NCBI RefSeq assembly: GCF_006345805.1 | Contig: NC_043023.1 | Span: 1,488,001 to 1,552,000, forward strand | DNA length: 64,000 nt | Direction of reading: 5' to 3' | From: Octopus sinensis | Lineage: Eukaryota | Shown here: positions 1-13,254 of the stretch, piece after piece | Layout: each line of letters opens with the position of its first letter | Numbering within the stretch: the stretch's first letter is position 1 | Notes under the pieces: model-generated | Told to the model about the DNA's origin: nothing | Database searches by the model: none | The model's input: only the letters and a program-made list of their open reading frames with translations | Translations under genes and position numbers: made by a program

Positions 1-300
1 AGCCCCCTGGCTTTTCAATGATAGTAATGTTGAGTTTGGCCTCTTTCAGAGCTTTCTTAAATCATCAGGCTAGTTCTCCATAGGCTGTGGCCTCTACAAA
101 CATTACTCCTTGATATTTGTCGGTTTTATACCACGTGTTCACCCTGTTTGCTTTGTCACAGGTTCCTTGTATCCTATTCCATTCTTTGTTTCTATATCTA
201 GGGCAGGTACCACTGGTATCATTACGTATAATGTTATCTAATTTCTTTCTAACCCCCTGCTCCCCACCGTATACTCGAACCCTATCTTTCTGATCTTATC
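1..300 (-). mobile_element. Degenerate Penelope-like element ORF fragment (thumb/linker region)
   Basis: Minus-frame translation ...CPRYRNKEWNRIQGTCDKANRVNTWYKTDKYQGVMFVEATAYGELA**FKKALKEAKLNITIIEKPG has in-frame stops. It resembles the PLE WYK..V(L/M)FV.AT..GEL...I.(V/I)E..G linker. Confidence 0.6.
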
Positions 301-740
301 CAGAGAACTGTATGCATACAAACCAAATCCCAAAATGAAATATTAATATAATTTTTCTCAAATATTTCAACAGAGCAAAAAGATTGAAGAAAGTCATATT
401 GTTGCTATTGTAGCTAAGAATACACTATATATATATGTGTGTTTGTGAGTGTGTATGCTTGTATGTATGTATGTGTGTGTTTTTCTACCTATTATATACA
501 TTATATTATTCTTGTAATTTACTTAATCTTTTCTTTTTAATTGTTATTTTAATTTTAACTTTTCTATTATATGTAATTTTCTAGATGGTGTAATTTAATT
601 ACTCATTTTGAATTGATAAAAGGTGGGTTTTTTTCTAATATTTTATATATATTATATTGTGCGGAATTTGATTTAGTATTTCTAAATTGAATTCTTTTTC
701 CTTGTAAGTTTGGATTTTATTCCCTCAAATAATAATTACA

Positions 741-776
<36 letters not shown>

Positions 777-933
777 GGTGAGATAGTTTTCATCATAGGT
801 CTGTAGAGGATGAGAAACGACCTCAAGATTAAACATCCACAACAACAACAACATCAGCAACATCAATATAAATCTGTCAAGAGAGAGAGAGAACAAAACG
901 GACAAAGACAGGAAGAACAAACCAATCACCTAC

Positions 934-1184
934 CCCACTGGGTGTCGGCTTGTCATGACGTTTTGTAGTGGAGGCAAAGAATGAGGATGGTTTTGCGTTA
1001 GCAGCATCAAACGGTTTCTCTTTCACATTGTAATGTGACGGCCCAGGATTATGTTCCGTGTCTTTGTTGACGACCGTCATGTTCCGTGGCGCTGACGAAC
1101 CAAATATGCCACGCCTTGTACTCTCCAAATAGGCTTTTTTCACAATTTCTGATCCAAAGCTGTCTATGTTGTATTGACCAGGAC
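934..1184 (-). CDS. STPG2: STPG2-like coding exon (G-PGQYNIDSFGSEIVKKAYLESTRRGIFGSSAPRNMTVVNKDTEHNPGPSHYNVKEKPFDAANAKPSSFFASTTKRHDKPTPSG)
   Basis: Acceptor tttatctccag; the phase-1 start completes the Gly codon from exon 53176. Two PGPxxY repeats and an FGSSAPR motif. The donor is ambiguous: GGG|gtaggt (exon end 934) or GTAG|gtgatt (end 930). The gene continues beyond the window start. Confidence 0.9.
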
Positions 1185-1949
1185 CTGGAGATAAACAATG
1201 CGATAATTTCAGATTATTTTTTTTATCACCATCATTAATAAAGGTGGCATGCTGGCAGAATCGTTAGTATACTGGATGAAATGGTTAGCAGTATTTCGCC
1301 TGCTGCAACATTCTGAGTTCAAATCCAACCAAGGTCAACTTTGCCCTTCATCCTTTTAGGATTGATAAATTAAGTACCAGTAAAACACTGGGTTCAATGC
1401 AATCGACTAGTCACTTCCCACCAAATTGCAGGCCTTGTGCCTTTAGTAGAAAGTATTATTAATATCATTATTATTATAGACAGATATATATGTATATATA
1501 TGTGTGTGCGTGTATGTTTGTGTGTCTGTGTTTGTCCCCCTAGCATTGCTTGACAATCGATGCTGGTGTGTTTATGTCCCCGTTACTTAGCGGTTTGGCA
1601 AAAGAGACCGATAGAATAAGTACTGGGCTAACAAAAGAATAAGTCCCGGAGTCGAGTTGCTCGATTAAAGGCGGTGCTCCAGCATGGCCGCAGTCAAATG
1701 ACTGAAACAAGTAAAAAGAAAGAAAGAGAAAAAAGAGTATCTTTTACCATTTATTTGTTACTGTCATTAGACTGTGCCCATGCTGGGGCACTGCCTTGAA
1801 GACATTCTTTGAGTTGAATGAATCGTCCCAGCACTTATTCTGTTTAAACCTGGTGCTTATTCTATCATCTCTTTTGTTGAACCGCTGAGTTGCGGTGATG
1901 TAAACCCACACGACACCACTTGTCAAATGATGGTGGAAGGGATCTGAAT

Positions 1950-2592
1950 GACCTGCCTGAGTGTAGCTCGCACTCCACTGAGATGGGGCCATGTTAGAAA
2001 AAAATGTATCAATCCTTGATCTGAGTTTTGACTGTGGCAGCATCACTAAAAGCCTGACGAATCTTCTGGAAGATTTGTGCTTGAGTAGCACCAAGATTTT
2101 GGCAAAAAAGTCAATGCAATACCGATTTCTTTACTACCGACAAGGGGCTAAACACAGAGGGGACAAACAAGGATGACAAACAGATTAAGTCGATTATATC
2201 GGCACCAGTGCATAACTGGTACTTATTTAATCAACCCCGAAAGGATGAAAGGCAAAGTCGACCTCGGCGGAATTTGAACTTAGAACGTAGCGGCAGACGA
2301 AATACGGCTACGCATTTCGCCCGGCATGCTAACGTTTCTGCCAGCTCACTGCCTTTAGTAGTCAATGCAATACCTCTGCTTGATGCATCTGGTGAAAATA
2401 AAGATTTGATAAGCAGGCACAACACATCTGTACTGTAGGTGTAACAGCCAGGAATTGATGCAGCATGCCAGCATAAAGATTTACTTGTATGCACAGCATG
2501 GGTGGTGTCACTTCCCACCCAAGTGACTTCTGTCCACACAGCATTAGTTTTGGCAGAAAGAAATAATGTCGGATACTTTTTGAACACACCTT
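1950..2592 (-). mobile_element. Mariner 5' relic interrupted by a SINE
   Basis: TIR-like end (TA)aggtgtgttcaaaaagtatccgac at ~2592. The N-terminal HTH-like peptide LGATQAQIFQKIRQAFSDAA...SVECELHSGR is decayed. A SINE lies inside, flanked by a 15-bp TSD. Confidence 0.7.
2124..2359 (-). mobile_element. SINE family B (tRNA-head, Meta-domain-like gcctttcatcctttcggggtcgataaattaagtacc core)
   Basis: TSD agtcaatgcaatacc at 2109-2123 and 2360-2374. Further copies at ~1240-1455(+), 16990-17085(-), 17950-18180(-), 21600-21685(+), 37680-37900(-), 40425-40655(-), 57855-58250(-, two copies) and 63330-63515(+). Confidence 0.8.
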
Positions 2593-2937
2593 ATATATAT
2601 ATACATACATATATATATACTAATATACAAATATTAACAGTTCTAAATCTCTTTAAAGGAGACTATGGCAGCAGTACTGGGTATTTATAGTTATCACCAA
2701 ACTAATATGGTAGTCCAGGAAAATATACATATATATACACACACACATATATATGTGTATATATATATATATATATATAGGCGTAAAAGTGGCTGTGTGG
2801 TAAGTAGCTTGCTTATGAACCACATGGTTCGTAGCACCTTGGGCAAGTGTCTACTATAGCCTCAGGCCAACCAAAGCCTTATGAGTGGATTTGGTAGACA
2901 GAAACTGAAAGAAGCCCATCATATATATATGTGTGTG

Positions 2938-2994
<57 letters not shown>

Positions 2995-3228
2995 TGTATG
3001 TTTGTGTGTTGTGTTTATCACCCCCCCCCCTAACATTGCTTGACAACCGATGCTGGTGTGTTTACGTCCCCGTAACTTAGCAGTTCGGCAAAAGAGACCG
3101 ATAGAATAAGTACTAGGCTTACAAAGAATAAGTCCTGGGATCGATTTGCTCGACTAAAGGCGGTGCTCCAGCATGGCCAGAGTCAAATGACTGAAACAAG
3201 TAAATGAATAAATGAAAATGAAATGAAA

Positions 3229-3268
<40 letters not shown>

Positions 3269-3934
3269 GTTTGTGTATGTTATATATATATATATATATT
3301 ATATATATATATATATTATATATATATACATACATATAACACATACACGTAATATATAATATATATATATATATATATATGCGATGGGCTTCTTTCCCTT
3401 TCTGTCTACCAAATCCATTCACAAGGATTGGGTGAGCCTGAAGCTATAGTAGAAGATATGTGCACAAGGTGCCATGCAGTGGGACTGAACCCGGAACCAA
3501 GTGGCTGGGATTCAAGGTTGTTACCACACAGACATAACTGTGCCTAAACATATATTTCAAAGCTATATATATCTATACTATACTCATATAATATCTTTAT
3601 GTGACACATTTCTATATATGTGTGTGTGTGTGTACAGGTGATGGATTTGTTCTTTATTTAAAAAATGTTTTCCTTTTGTTTTCTGTTCCATTGTAAAGTA
3701 TGCTGATGTGCTTGTGTGTATGTGTATACACACAATGTGTATACATTGTATACATGATGTGCTTGTGTGTATGTGTATGTGTATATATATATATATTCTG
3801 TGAATCCCTACATGAATAACACATGAATATTCTTCCAAAAACTCTTTATACAATGAAAAGAAACAAATTTTCACAATTTCTTTTTTTTTTTCACAAAACT
3901 CACACGGAACTGAAAAATTTGTTCAGAAAATAAA

Positions 3935-3982
3935 TCACAAAAACAATAATAATAACAACAATAATAATAAGAACAATAATTA

Positions 3983-4014
<32 letters not shown>

Positions 4015-4117
4015 ATAATAATAATAATGTGATTATAATAATATAATAATAATGATAATAATAATGAATAATATAATAATGATAATAATGATAATAATGA
4101 TAATAATGATAATAATA

Positions 4118-4156
<39 letters not shown>

Positions 4157-4320
4157 TAATAATAATAATAATAATAATGATAGCAACAATAATAATAATA
4201 ATAATAATGATGATGAGAATAATCAATATAATAGTAATAATAATAATAACAATAATAATAACAATAATAATAACAATCACAACAATAATAATAATAATAA
4301 TGATGATGATGATGATAATA
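3935..4320. repeat. (AAT)n-rich microsatellite
   Basis: Direct reading. Confidence 0.95.
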
Positions 4321-4719
4321 AAAGACAAAAAACGAAATCCACGACATTTTTCAAAGAGAAATTAAGTTCTTGTTGAGAATTCTGTCTCCGAATAATCGAA
4401 GACTCGTCGACGAATGGAGCTTATCTCAAAGACCAATGTGGATAGGTTTAGCTCGGCTCCCGCTGTGCTATGTACAACAGTTTATCAATATCCTACAAAT
4501 GGTAACAATATGCTAATATGGAAGAATTTTTTTCTGTTATTTCTCCAAAGAATTTTTCAATTTCTTTACAAGTTCTCTCTTGGTCTCTCTCTCTCTCTCT
4601 CTCTCTTCTCTCTGACTGTCTGTCTGTCTGTCTCTTTTCTCTCAGCTCTGTATCTCTCACTCTCTCTTGGGATATGTGGCTTGTTGTTAAATGTGAGGGG
4701 GTGGCATTCTGCACGGTAG

Positions 4720-5680
4720 ACATGGTGGTGGTGGTGGTGGTATATGCTGATGGTGGTGGTGGTGGTGGTATATGCTGATGGTGGTGGTGGTGGTGGTAGT
4801 GATGATGGTGGTGGTGGTGGTGGTAGTGATGATGGTGGTGGTGGTGGTGGTAGTGATGATGGTGGTGGTGGTGGTGGTGGTGGTAGTGATAATGGTGGTG
4901 GTATATGCTGATGGTGGTGGTGGTGGTAGTAATGATGGTGGTGGTGGTGGTGGTGGTGGTGGTATATGCTGATGGTGGTGGTGGTGGTGGTGGTATATGC
5001 TGATGGTGGTGGTGGTGGTGGTAGTAATGATGGTGGTGGTGGTGGTGGTGGTGGTGGAGGTGGTATGTGCTGAGGTTGATGGCAGTGATAGTGGTAGTGA
5101 TGATGATGGTGTTGGTGGTGATGGTGGTGATTGAATACTCTGCTGCTGATGGTAGTGATGGTGTGCCAGGGTATATTATTATGATGTTGATGGTAGTGAT
5201 GATGGTAGTGATGTTGGTATATGCTGCTGATGGTGGGGGCAGCAGGATACATTGCTGATGATGGTAGCGATGGAAGTGGTGGTGGAGACATAGTGGCAGA
5301 ACAGTGGTGCTGGTTGTGCTGATAATGTTATCCTTGATGGTACAGTGGTTGTGTGGAGGTAGTACAAGACACTGGTGATGGTGGCAGAAGTTGTAGTTGT
5401 GAGCACAGAGATGGTAGTGGTGGCCTCGAGTGGAACAGGTGGTGGTGTTGGTGGAGGTGTGTAGTCGTAGTAAATATGGTGGTGCTGGTGGTTGTGATGG
5501 TGGTGATAGCTGTAGTCATGAGCGTAGTGATGGTTCAAAATGTAGTAGTGTCATTAGTTTGCTGGTGTCAGTAATGGTGCTGGTGATGGTAGCCCAACAC
5601 CGTCACACTGATAGTGGCAGTGGTAGCACAAGCTGGTCATAGTGGTGGTGGTGGTAGTGCAAGCCATTGCAGTGAAGGTA
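4720..5680. repeat. (GGT/GAT)n compound micro/minisatellite
   Basis: Direct reading; includes repeated ggtatatgctgatggtggt units. Confidence 0.9.
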
Positions 5681-5767
5681 GTGGCAGTAGATTTGAAAAA
5701 TTAGAATGTATAAGCACGGAGCATATACTGGATTGCCTTATGTATATATATTTAATCTAAGGTGTAC

Positions 5768-5835
5768 CTGCTGAAGAAGACTTCGCCTAGTAAATTATTT
5801 TATTTGCTAAAAAAAGTCTGAAACCATTGGTCCAG
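5768..5835 (+). ncRNA. Minimal type-I hammerhead ribozyme, intact core
   Basis: ctg CTGAAGA agactt[loop with inner hairpin]aagtct GAAA cc att gg TC cag. Confidence 0.75.
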
Positions 5836-6345
5836 AAGTTAGATGGTAAATATTTTCATTTTTCATTCCCTTTGAAATTTTATTCCTAATAGTGGTTTGG
5901 AATTTAACTGTTCTCTCTAGCATGCAAGGAGTCCTATGATGGATGCCTCTTATGTGTTTAAATGTACACTATTTACATGAATAATATATAATCTATTGAC
6001 TAAATTTTTACATGCTAGGCCACTGGTAATGGAAATTTCTAATATTTCTAATTATCCTTTGATATTATTAATTATATATATTTATATATATATATAATAG
6101 TGAGAAATGGAGGTTATGAAAGGTAATGGTGTCACTGAGACCCAAAGGTGTCATTGAGACCCAAAGGTGTTAGGTAATGCTGAATAAGTGCTATAGACAG
6201 ACCATAGTCAAGTTCCAGATTCGGTAATATTGCGAATAAAGGGTTCAACGTTGGTTCTATGTCAGCGTGTGTATATAAGAATCTTTTGCGTAATAAGATA
6301 AAGAACCAAGGCTGTGTAGATATTAGAGCATTTATAGATAAAAGT

Positions 6346-6395
6346 TCTTACAGCTGTTTCTAGGATATTTATTAATTACATCCCTTCATCGGAGA
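6346..6395 (-). ncRNA. Minimal hammerhead motif, core U4->C
   Basis: tct CCGATGA a gggat[13 nt]atcct a GAAA cagctg TA aga, with palindromic ACAGCTGT. Confidence 0.6.
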
Positions 6396-6659
6396 CGGTG
6401 TGAGAGGATGGTTAAGTCATAGTTAGTTCCGATGTGATACAAATAGAGAGTGAGGTGGAGGAAAGAAAATAGATGCAAGATATGTAGGGATATTGAAGTT
6501 GTAAATCCATTTTTTAGGCATAATGGTATATATGCAATATTCCAATATCCTTTGAGTAAAGTCCAAAAGTCCAACAGAGTTTAATATGAGTCCTTCCAAA
6601 TATAGAGTTTATAAGCAATGTAAGAGTGAGATCCAGCAGATTTTAAAACTTGGTCATTC

Positions 6660-7030
6660 CCAGTAGGAAATTTATATACTGTGTTGCAGAGTTCAGGCCA
6701 TTTGTGGTCAAGAGAGACTTTGAACCAAGTGGCCGTCGGCATCTTCACTATCTCGTCTGGCAGCTTATTCTACGGACCCGCAACCCGGATGGAGAAAGCC
6801 CCTCTCCTTTGATTGAGATGAAATCGTTGCAGATAGAGCTTTTCGGAGTGACCCCGCAGCCGAAGCTCTGGAGCAGGAGTGAAGAACAGCTCTTTCGCGA
6901 GGTTACACTTTCCGCTTATGAGGTTGTGAGCAAGAATGAGATCACCACGGCGGCGGCGTTTTTCTAGAGAATAAAGGTCGAGCATCTTCAGCCTTTCTTC
7001 ATAAGACAAATGCTTGAGACCAAGAACCAT
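6660..7030 (-). mobile_element. CR1-clade LINE 3' end
   Basis: LGLKHLSYEERLKMLDLYSLEKRRRRGDLI...LRGHSEKL...RRGAFSIRVAGPWNRLP is the typical CR1 ORF2 C-terminus. Confidence 0.85.
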
Positions 7031-7106
7031 GCACCCAGTTGTGTATGTGTGTGTGTGTGTGTGTCTGTATCTATTTATCCATCTATCTGCCTGTCTGTCT
7101 TTCTTG

Positions 7107-7143
<37 letters not shown>

Positions 7144-7524
7144 CACTTGTGCTGGTGTGCAGGTGACACGTAAAAAAAAAAACGATTTTTCCGTGGCCGT
7201 TGCCAGTACCGCCTGACTGGCCCTCGTGCCGGTGGCACGTAAAAGCACCCACTACACTCCCGGAGTGGTTGGCGTTAGGGTGGCCATCCATCTGTAGAAA
7301 GATTGGAGCCTGGTGCAGCCATCTGGTTCACCGGTCCTCAGTCAAACCGTCCAACCCATGCTAGCATGGAAAGCAGATGTAAACGATGATGATGATGATG
7401 ATGATATATATATATATATATATATCAAGGTCAGTAGTTCAAATAGCCAAAAAAAAAGCACTTCCCAAACTAACAGAGTAGTAAGACAGACAGGCAGATG
7501 GATGGATAAATAGATATACACATA

Positions 7525-7937
7525 TAGGTGTAGGAGTGGCTGTGTGGTAAGTAGCTTGTTTACCAACCACATGGTTCCGGGTTCCGTCCCACTGTGTGGC
7601 ATCTTGGGTAAGTGTCTTCTACTATAGCCTCGGGCCAACCGAAGCCTTGTGAGTGGATTTGGTAGACAGAAACTGAAAGAAGCCCGTTGCATATGTGTAT
7701 ATATATATATATATATGCGTGTGTGTGTTTGTGTGTCTGTGTTTGTCCCCCTAGCATTGCTTGACAACCGATGCTGGAGTGTTTATGTCTCCGGCACTTA
7801 GCGGTTTGGCAAAAGAGACCGATAGAATAAGTACTGGGCTTACAAAAGAATAAGTGCCGGGGTCGAGTTGCTCGATTGAAGGCAGTGCTCCAGCATGGCC
7901 GCAGTCAAATGACTGAAACAAGTAAAAGAGTAAAAGA
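7525..7937 (+). mobile_element. SINE family A (gtaggagtggctgtgtggtaag head, internal TA/TG microsatellite, acaagtaaaagag tail)
   Basis: Full-length copy with A/B-box-like head. About 20 copies or fragments occur, e.g. 1500-1740, 2780-3210, 11060-11460(-), 12085-12610, 17085-17490, 25585-26105(-), 39265-39660(-), 47615-48055(-), 51960-52350(-), 56750-57320. Confidence 0.85.
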
Positions 7938-8997
7938 GTATATATATCAAGGTCAGTAGTTCAAATAGCCAAAAAAAAAAAAAAAGCACTATCCAAACTA
8001 ACAAAGCAGTAAGACAGACAGGCAGATGGATGGTTAAATAGATATACACACATACATACATAACTGGGTGCATATATATATACATTTTACTGATGTATCT
8101 TTTCCTCATCTATTTCTCTCTTACACTCTCTCACCTTGTCTCCTTTTCTCTCGCTCTCTCCTCTCTCTACATATGCATTTCATCTGTGCATTGGCATGTG
8201 CAGGTAGAAGACAGACAGACAGGCAGACAGGCAGACAGATACGCAGACCAAAAGCCCAACAGGCAGACAGGTAAACAGACTGACAGACAGACATGAAGGC
8301 AGGCAGACAGATAAAAAAAAATCAACGCAATTAATAAAATACAAAAAAAAAGAGGAAAAACAACAAAACACATGACACACAGACACACACACACGTAGTG
8401 AAACAAGTTCCATTTGCTGCCACCATACCATTCCCAGGCCGGCGCCAGCCCCACACCCACTAAACCAATTTCAGTGCCATACTTCCAACATCACAAACAC
8501 CTATTAATCTTTGCGGGGATTTTGGAGTTCTTTGGAAAGGATTTTGATCTGATTCTTCGACAATTGTTGACAAATTGAATAAATTAAGAATCTTGGATGA
8601 CGAGGAAACTTAATTAGTTTGTGGCTGATATGGTGGTCTCAATAGGTGTGTAAATGTAAGTGTGTGTCTGTGTGTGAGAGCATGTGTGCGTGTCTGTGTG
8701 TGCATGTATATGTATATATATATATATATATGCTAGCATGGAAAGCGGACGTTAAATGATGATGATGATGATATATATATATATAAACATATATATATAT
8801 ACATGTATACACATACAAATACATGTGTATGTGTATATGTATATTTGTGTATATATATATATATATGCATATATATATACATGTATACACATACAAATAC
8901 ATGTATATTTGTGTGTGTATATATATATATATTATATATATATATATTATATATGCATATATATATACATGTATACACATACAAATACATGTATATT

Positions 8998-9043
<46 letters not shown>

Positions 9044-9122
9044 TATATATACATGTATACACATACAAATACATGTGTATGTGTATATGTATACATGTAT
9101 GTGTGTATATATATATATATAT

Positions 9123-9176
<54 letters not shown>

Positions 9177-9959
9177 GACACACACACATACATGCAAACA
9201 CATACAAAAATACATATGCATGTAGAGATAGACTTAGATATGTATCTATATATGCATATGTGTGTATATATATTTACTCATACATATATAGAAAATTTGT
9301 GCATGTGTGAGTAAATACACACACACACCTATACATGTACGCATATATATATATGTGTATATATATATATATATATATAATATATATATATATATGTGTG
9401 TGTGTGGTATATATACACTTACATATATACATACACATGCATACATACATATACATACAGATCCATACCTTTATACATACATACATACACACACTCACGT
9501 CTATAAATGCAGTTTGGTGAAGTACTTGTTATGCAAGTGATTTTGTCAGGGACCATGTGTTGAAACTAAAACGACTGCAGCATGGAAGACAGATATCACC
9601 AACTCAAAAACACAGAAAGGCTCTTAACTTCACATAAACATTTATCATTTGATGCCAAAATTTTCATCACACCAGCTGCATCCTGGTCGCCTATGTGATT
9701 CCACTGCATCTCGAGATGCAGCAGAATCACATCTCTGACTGACAAACACATCCTGTCCTATGTGTGGGACTCACAACCTCCCAACTATCATTATATACGT
9801 CACCAACTATCATTATATACGTCACCAGCCATCATCACTATAATTGCCACCACAATTGCCTCAGCATTTCAATGAGACCAAAATATTTTTCACAAGGTGG
9901 TGCTCCAGCATGACCACAGTCCAGTGACTGAAAGGAGTGAAGGGGTAATAAAAGGAGGC

Positions 9960-10480
9960 CTAACTGCTCTATCTCCCAAATGGTAAAGTTCCGTGTCTAT
10001 AATACATTGGCCCTCTGCATTCTCATCTATGGAGCAAAAATGTGGCCCTGCTCAAAGATCCCAGCAAAAAGGATTGATAGCTTTGATAGCAGAGCCTTGA
10101 AAACCATTATGAACAGCAGATGGTACCATCATGTTTCCAACAAAGAACTGCATGCATGTATACATCAACCCACAGCCTCCTACTTCATAGAAATCCATCA
10201 CATGCATTGTCCTCTATATCCTGCTGGATCATCTTACAAAGACTTTAGTCTCATTTGACACAGCATCTATGAGCTGGATGAGGTCTCAAGGTAGGCTTCA
10301 TATCAGACAGCTGGACGTGATGAGGGAAGATCTCCAGTGGCTCAATGTCACCTTGGAGAATGCAGAGGGGCTGCTAGTGATGGAGAACACTGGTGGACCT
10401 AGTCGGCTCTACGCATGATGATGTCTCTGGGACCATTAACCTTGGATGACCCCAGCCCTATCAAGCAAGATCATGATGCA
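9960..10480 (+). mobile_element. RTE-clade LINE 3' fragment
   Basis: KFRVYNTLALCILIYGAKMW...RIDSFDSRALKTIMNSRWYHHVSNKEL resembles the RTE post-RT region; frame is broken. Confidence 0.8.
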
Positions 10481-10614
10481 AGCAAATAAGTAGACTACAG
10501 CAGTCTACCCAATCATGAGAATTATAAGCAGTTGTTATTATTCCGATCAAGCTTAAATGTCAACCAGCTGTAGGCTACCAACTTCATTTTTAGAAACCCT
10601 TACACTCCTAATAA

Positions 10615-10912
10615 GGCACATGGCCTAGTGCTTAAAGCAGCGGACTCGCAGTTGAGGGATCGCGGGTTCGAATCTCAGACCGAGCAATGTGTGTATTTAT
10701 GAGTGAAACACCTAAGCTCCATGTGGCTCTGGCAGAAGGTAATGGTGAACTTCTGCTGACTCTTTCACCACAGCTTTCTCTTGCTCTTTCCTCCTGCATC
10801 TTGCAGCTCACCTGCGACAGACCGGCATCCCATCCAGGTGGGGAACCTATACACCAAGGAAACCGGGAAACCGGCCCTTATGAGCCAGGCATGGCTTGAG
10901 AAGGAACAAACA
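10615..10912 (+). mobile_element. SINE family D (tRNA-head, V-SINE-like domain)
   Basis: tRNA-like head (gggttcgaatc B box) and 13-bp TSD acactcctaataa at 10602-10614 and 10913-10925. Relatives at 61854-62168 (TSD aatattatgtg at 61843-61853 and 62169-62179) and ~41800-42090(-). Confidence 0.75.
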
Positions 10913-12359
10913 ACACTCCTAATAAATCTACAAGTATACAGTAAGTCCCTTAGTCCCCTCTGCCACATAGCAAGCAACCTTAACCCTCTCGGACCTGGGT
11001 CCCTGTGTCAGACCCTATCCTCCTGGGGCTCCCAGACAAAAACTAAATAGTGGCATATACAGCTTTATCCACTTCAGTCATTAGATTATGGCCATGCTGG
11101 GGCACCACCATGAAGAACTTTTAGTTGAATGAACTGACTACAGTTCTTATTGTCTTTTATGATGTCCCATACTTATTCTATCAGTCAATTTTTCGTAAAC
11201 TGCTAAGTTACAGGGATGTAAACAAACCGACACCATTAATCAGGTGAAGGTGGGGAACAATCACAGACACAAAGAAATACACAAACACACACACACACAT
11301 GATGGGCTTCTTTCAGTTTCCATCAGCCAAATCCATTTACAAGGCTTTGGTGAGGCCAAGGCTACAATAGAAGGCACTTGCCCAATGTGCTGTACAGTGG
11401 GACTGAACCGACCACCATGGGGTTGAGAAATAAGCTTCTTACCACACAGTCACACCTGTGTCTATATGTAAATACACACACACACACACACACACAACAG
11501 GTGTCTTTTGTCTTCTGTATACCAAATCCACTCTCAAGGCTTTGGTCGGCCTGAGGCTATAGTAGAAGACACTTGCCCAAGTTGCAATGCAGTGGGACTG
11601 AACCTGGAACCATATAGTTGGGAAGCAAGTTTCCCACTACACAACCATGCCTGCACCTTGTACGTGTGTAGTTCCTTCCTGTTTTGCCAGGAATCCACCG
11701 GACGTGACATTGAAAGTATTCCTGCTTTATGTAGGATCACAGCGTGACTGGGTTTAGAGGAGAGGTAGGTGACACTAAAGAGGAACAGTAACCATTAATG
11801 AAATCTTTCAGGATAAGAAGACATGTCCGTACAGTCTTTAAGATTAGCAACTTCAATTTCTGGCAGAGTATTCTGTCGTTGAGTAAAACACTTTATTTCA
11901 ATATGCAGCCAGTACTGGAAGCATATAGACATTCGGTAGATCTGCCCTCAGCCTTGAGGGTGGTGAGATAAAACTCTAGTGATTTTGGAGTGTAAGTTCA
12001 AATCATACGAGTGCAACAAAGTGTTCTTTATATTGAGCATCTCCGAATCTTGTCTATTGACTCTAAAGGAAAATTTATGTGAGTGGTGGCTGTGTGGAAA
12101 GAAGCTTGCTTCCCAATCACATGGTTCCTGGTTCAGTCCCACTGTGTGACACTTTGGGCAAGTACCATCTACTATAGCCTCAGGCTGACCAAAGCCTTGT
12201 CAATGGATTTGGTAGACAGAAAGTGAAAGAAGTCCATCGTATATATATATATATATATAAAGTTAATCCAAACAAGAAAACACAAAAAAACACAACAACG
12301 CAAGGACGTGGAACAAATATAGTATTATTGGACGCTAAGGAAAGAAGGGAAGAAGGAGG

Positions 12360-12394
12360 GTTTAACGTTTCGAGTGGAGCTCTTCGTCGGAAAC
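12360..12394 (-). ncRNA. Minimal hammerhead motif, ACGT stem-III family
   Basis: gttt CCGACGA a gag ctcca ctc GAAA cgT T aaac. Relatives at 54031-54066(-), 54722-54757(+) and 49687-49721(-). Confidence 0.55.
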
Positions 12395-13124
12395 ATAGGA
12401 GAAGGAAAGATCCAGAGAAGGGAAGACAGGAAAAAAATCGCCAGCGTGCCTTTGTTTGTGTGCCCATAATCTGGCGGTTCAGCAGAGGGACCAATAGAAT
12501 AAGTACTGGGTGTACAAAGAATAAGTCCAGGGGTTGATTTCTTCGACCAAAAGATGGTGCTCCAGCATGGCCCCACTCAAATGACTGAAAGAAGTAAAAG
12601 AATAAAAGAATGTATTTGTCACTAATGACAAATTTTTATTCAGCTTGCTGACCAACTGAGACATGACTAACTTTTCAACTACTGTTTTTCACTATCAGTA
12701 CAGACTGAATTGATTTAAATTAATTTTATATATATATATCATCATCATCATCATCATCATCATTTAACGTCCGTTTTCCGTGCTAGCACGGGTTGGACGG
12801 TTCGACCGGAAGCCAGGGGCTGCTCCAGGCTTCAGTCTGATATGGCAGAGTTTCTACGGCTGGATGCCCTTCCTAACGCCAACCACTCCGCGAGTGTAGT
12901 GGGTGCTTTTTACGTGCCACCTGCACAGGTGCCAGGGAGGGGGGTCCGGCATCAGCCACGATCGGTTGGAGCTTTTAACGTGCCAGCGGCACGGAAGCCA
13001 GCCAAGGCGGCGCTGGCAACGTTCGGATAGTGCTTTTTATGTGCCACCGGCACAGAAGCCAGTCAGGGCGGCGCTGGCATCAGCCACGTTCGGATGGTGC
13101 TTTTTATGTGCCACTGGCATAGAT

Positions 13125-13181
<57 letters not shown>

Positions 13182-13191
13182 ATATATATAT

Positions 13192-13254
<63 letters not shown>

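Noticed and set aside
797-823. aggt CTGTAGA ggatga GAAA cg acct
   Set aside because: It has no stem II and no UH cleavage dinucleotide; probably chance.
10615-10700. tRNA gene
   Set aside because: Only an A/B-box-like head is present; it continues into a SINE body with TSDs, and no full cloverleaf is supported.
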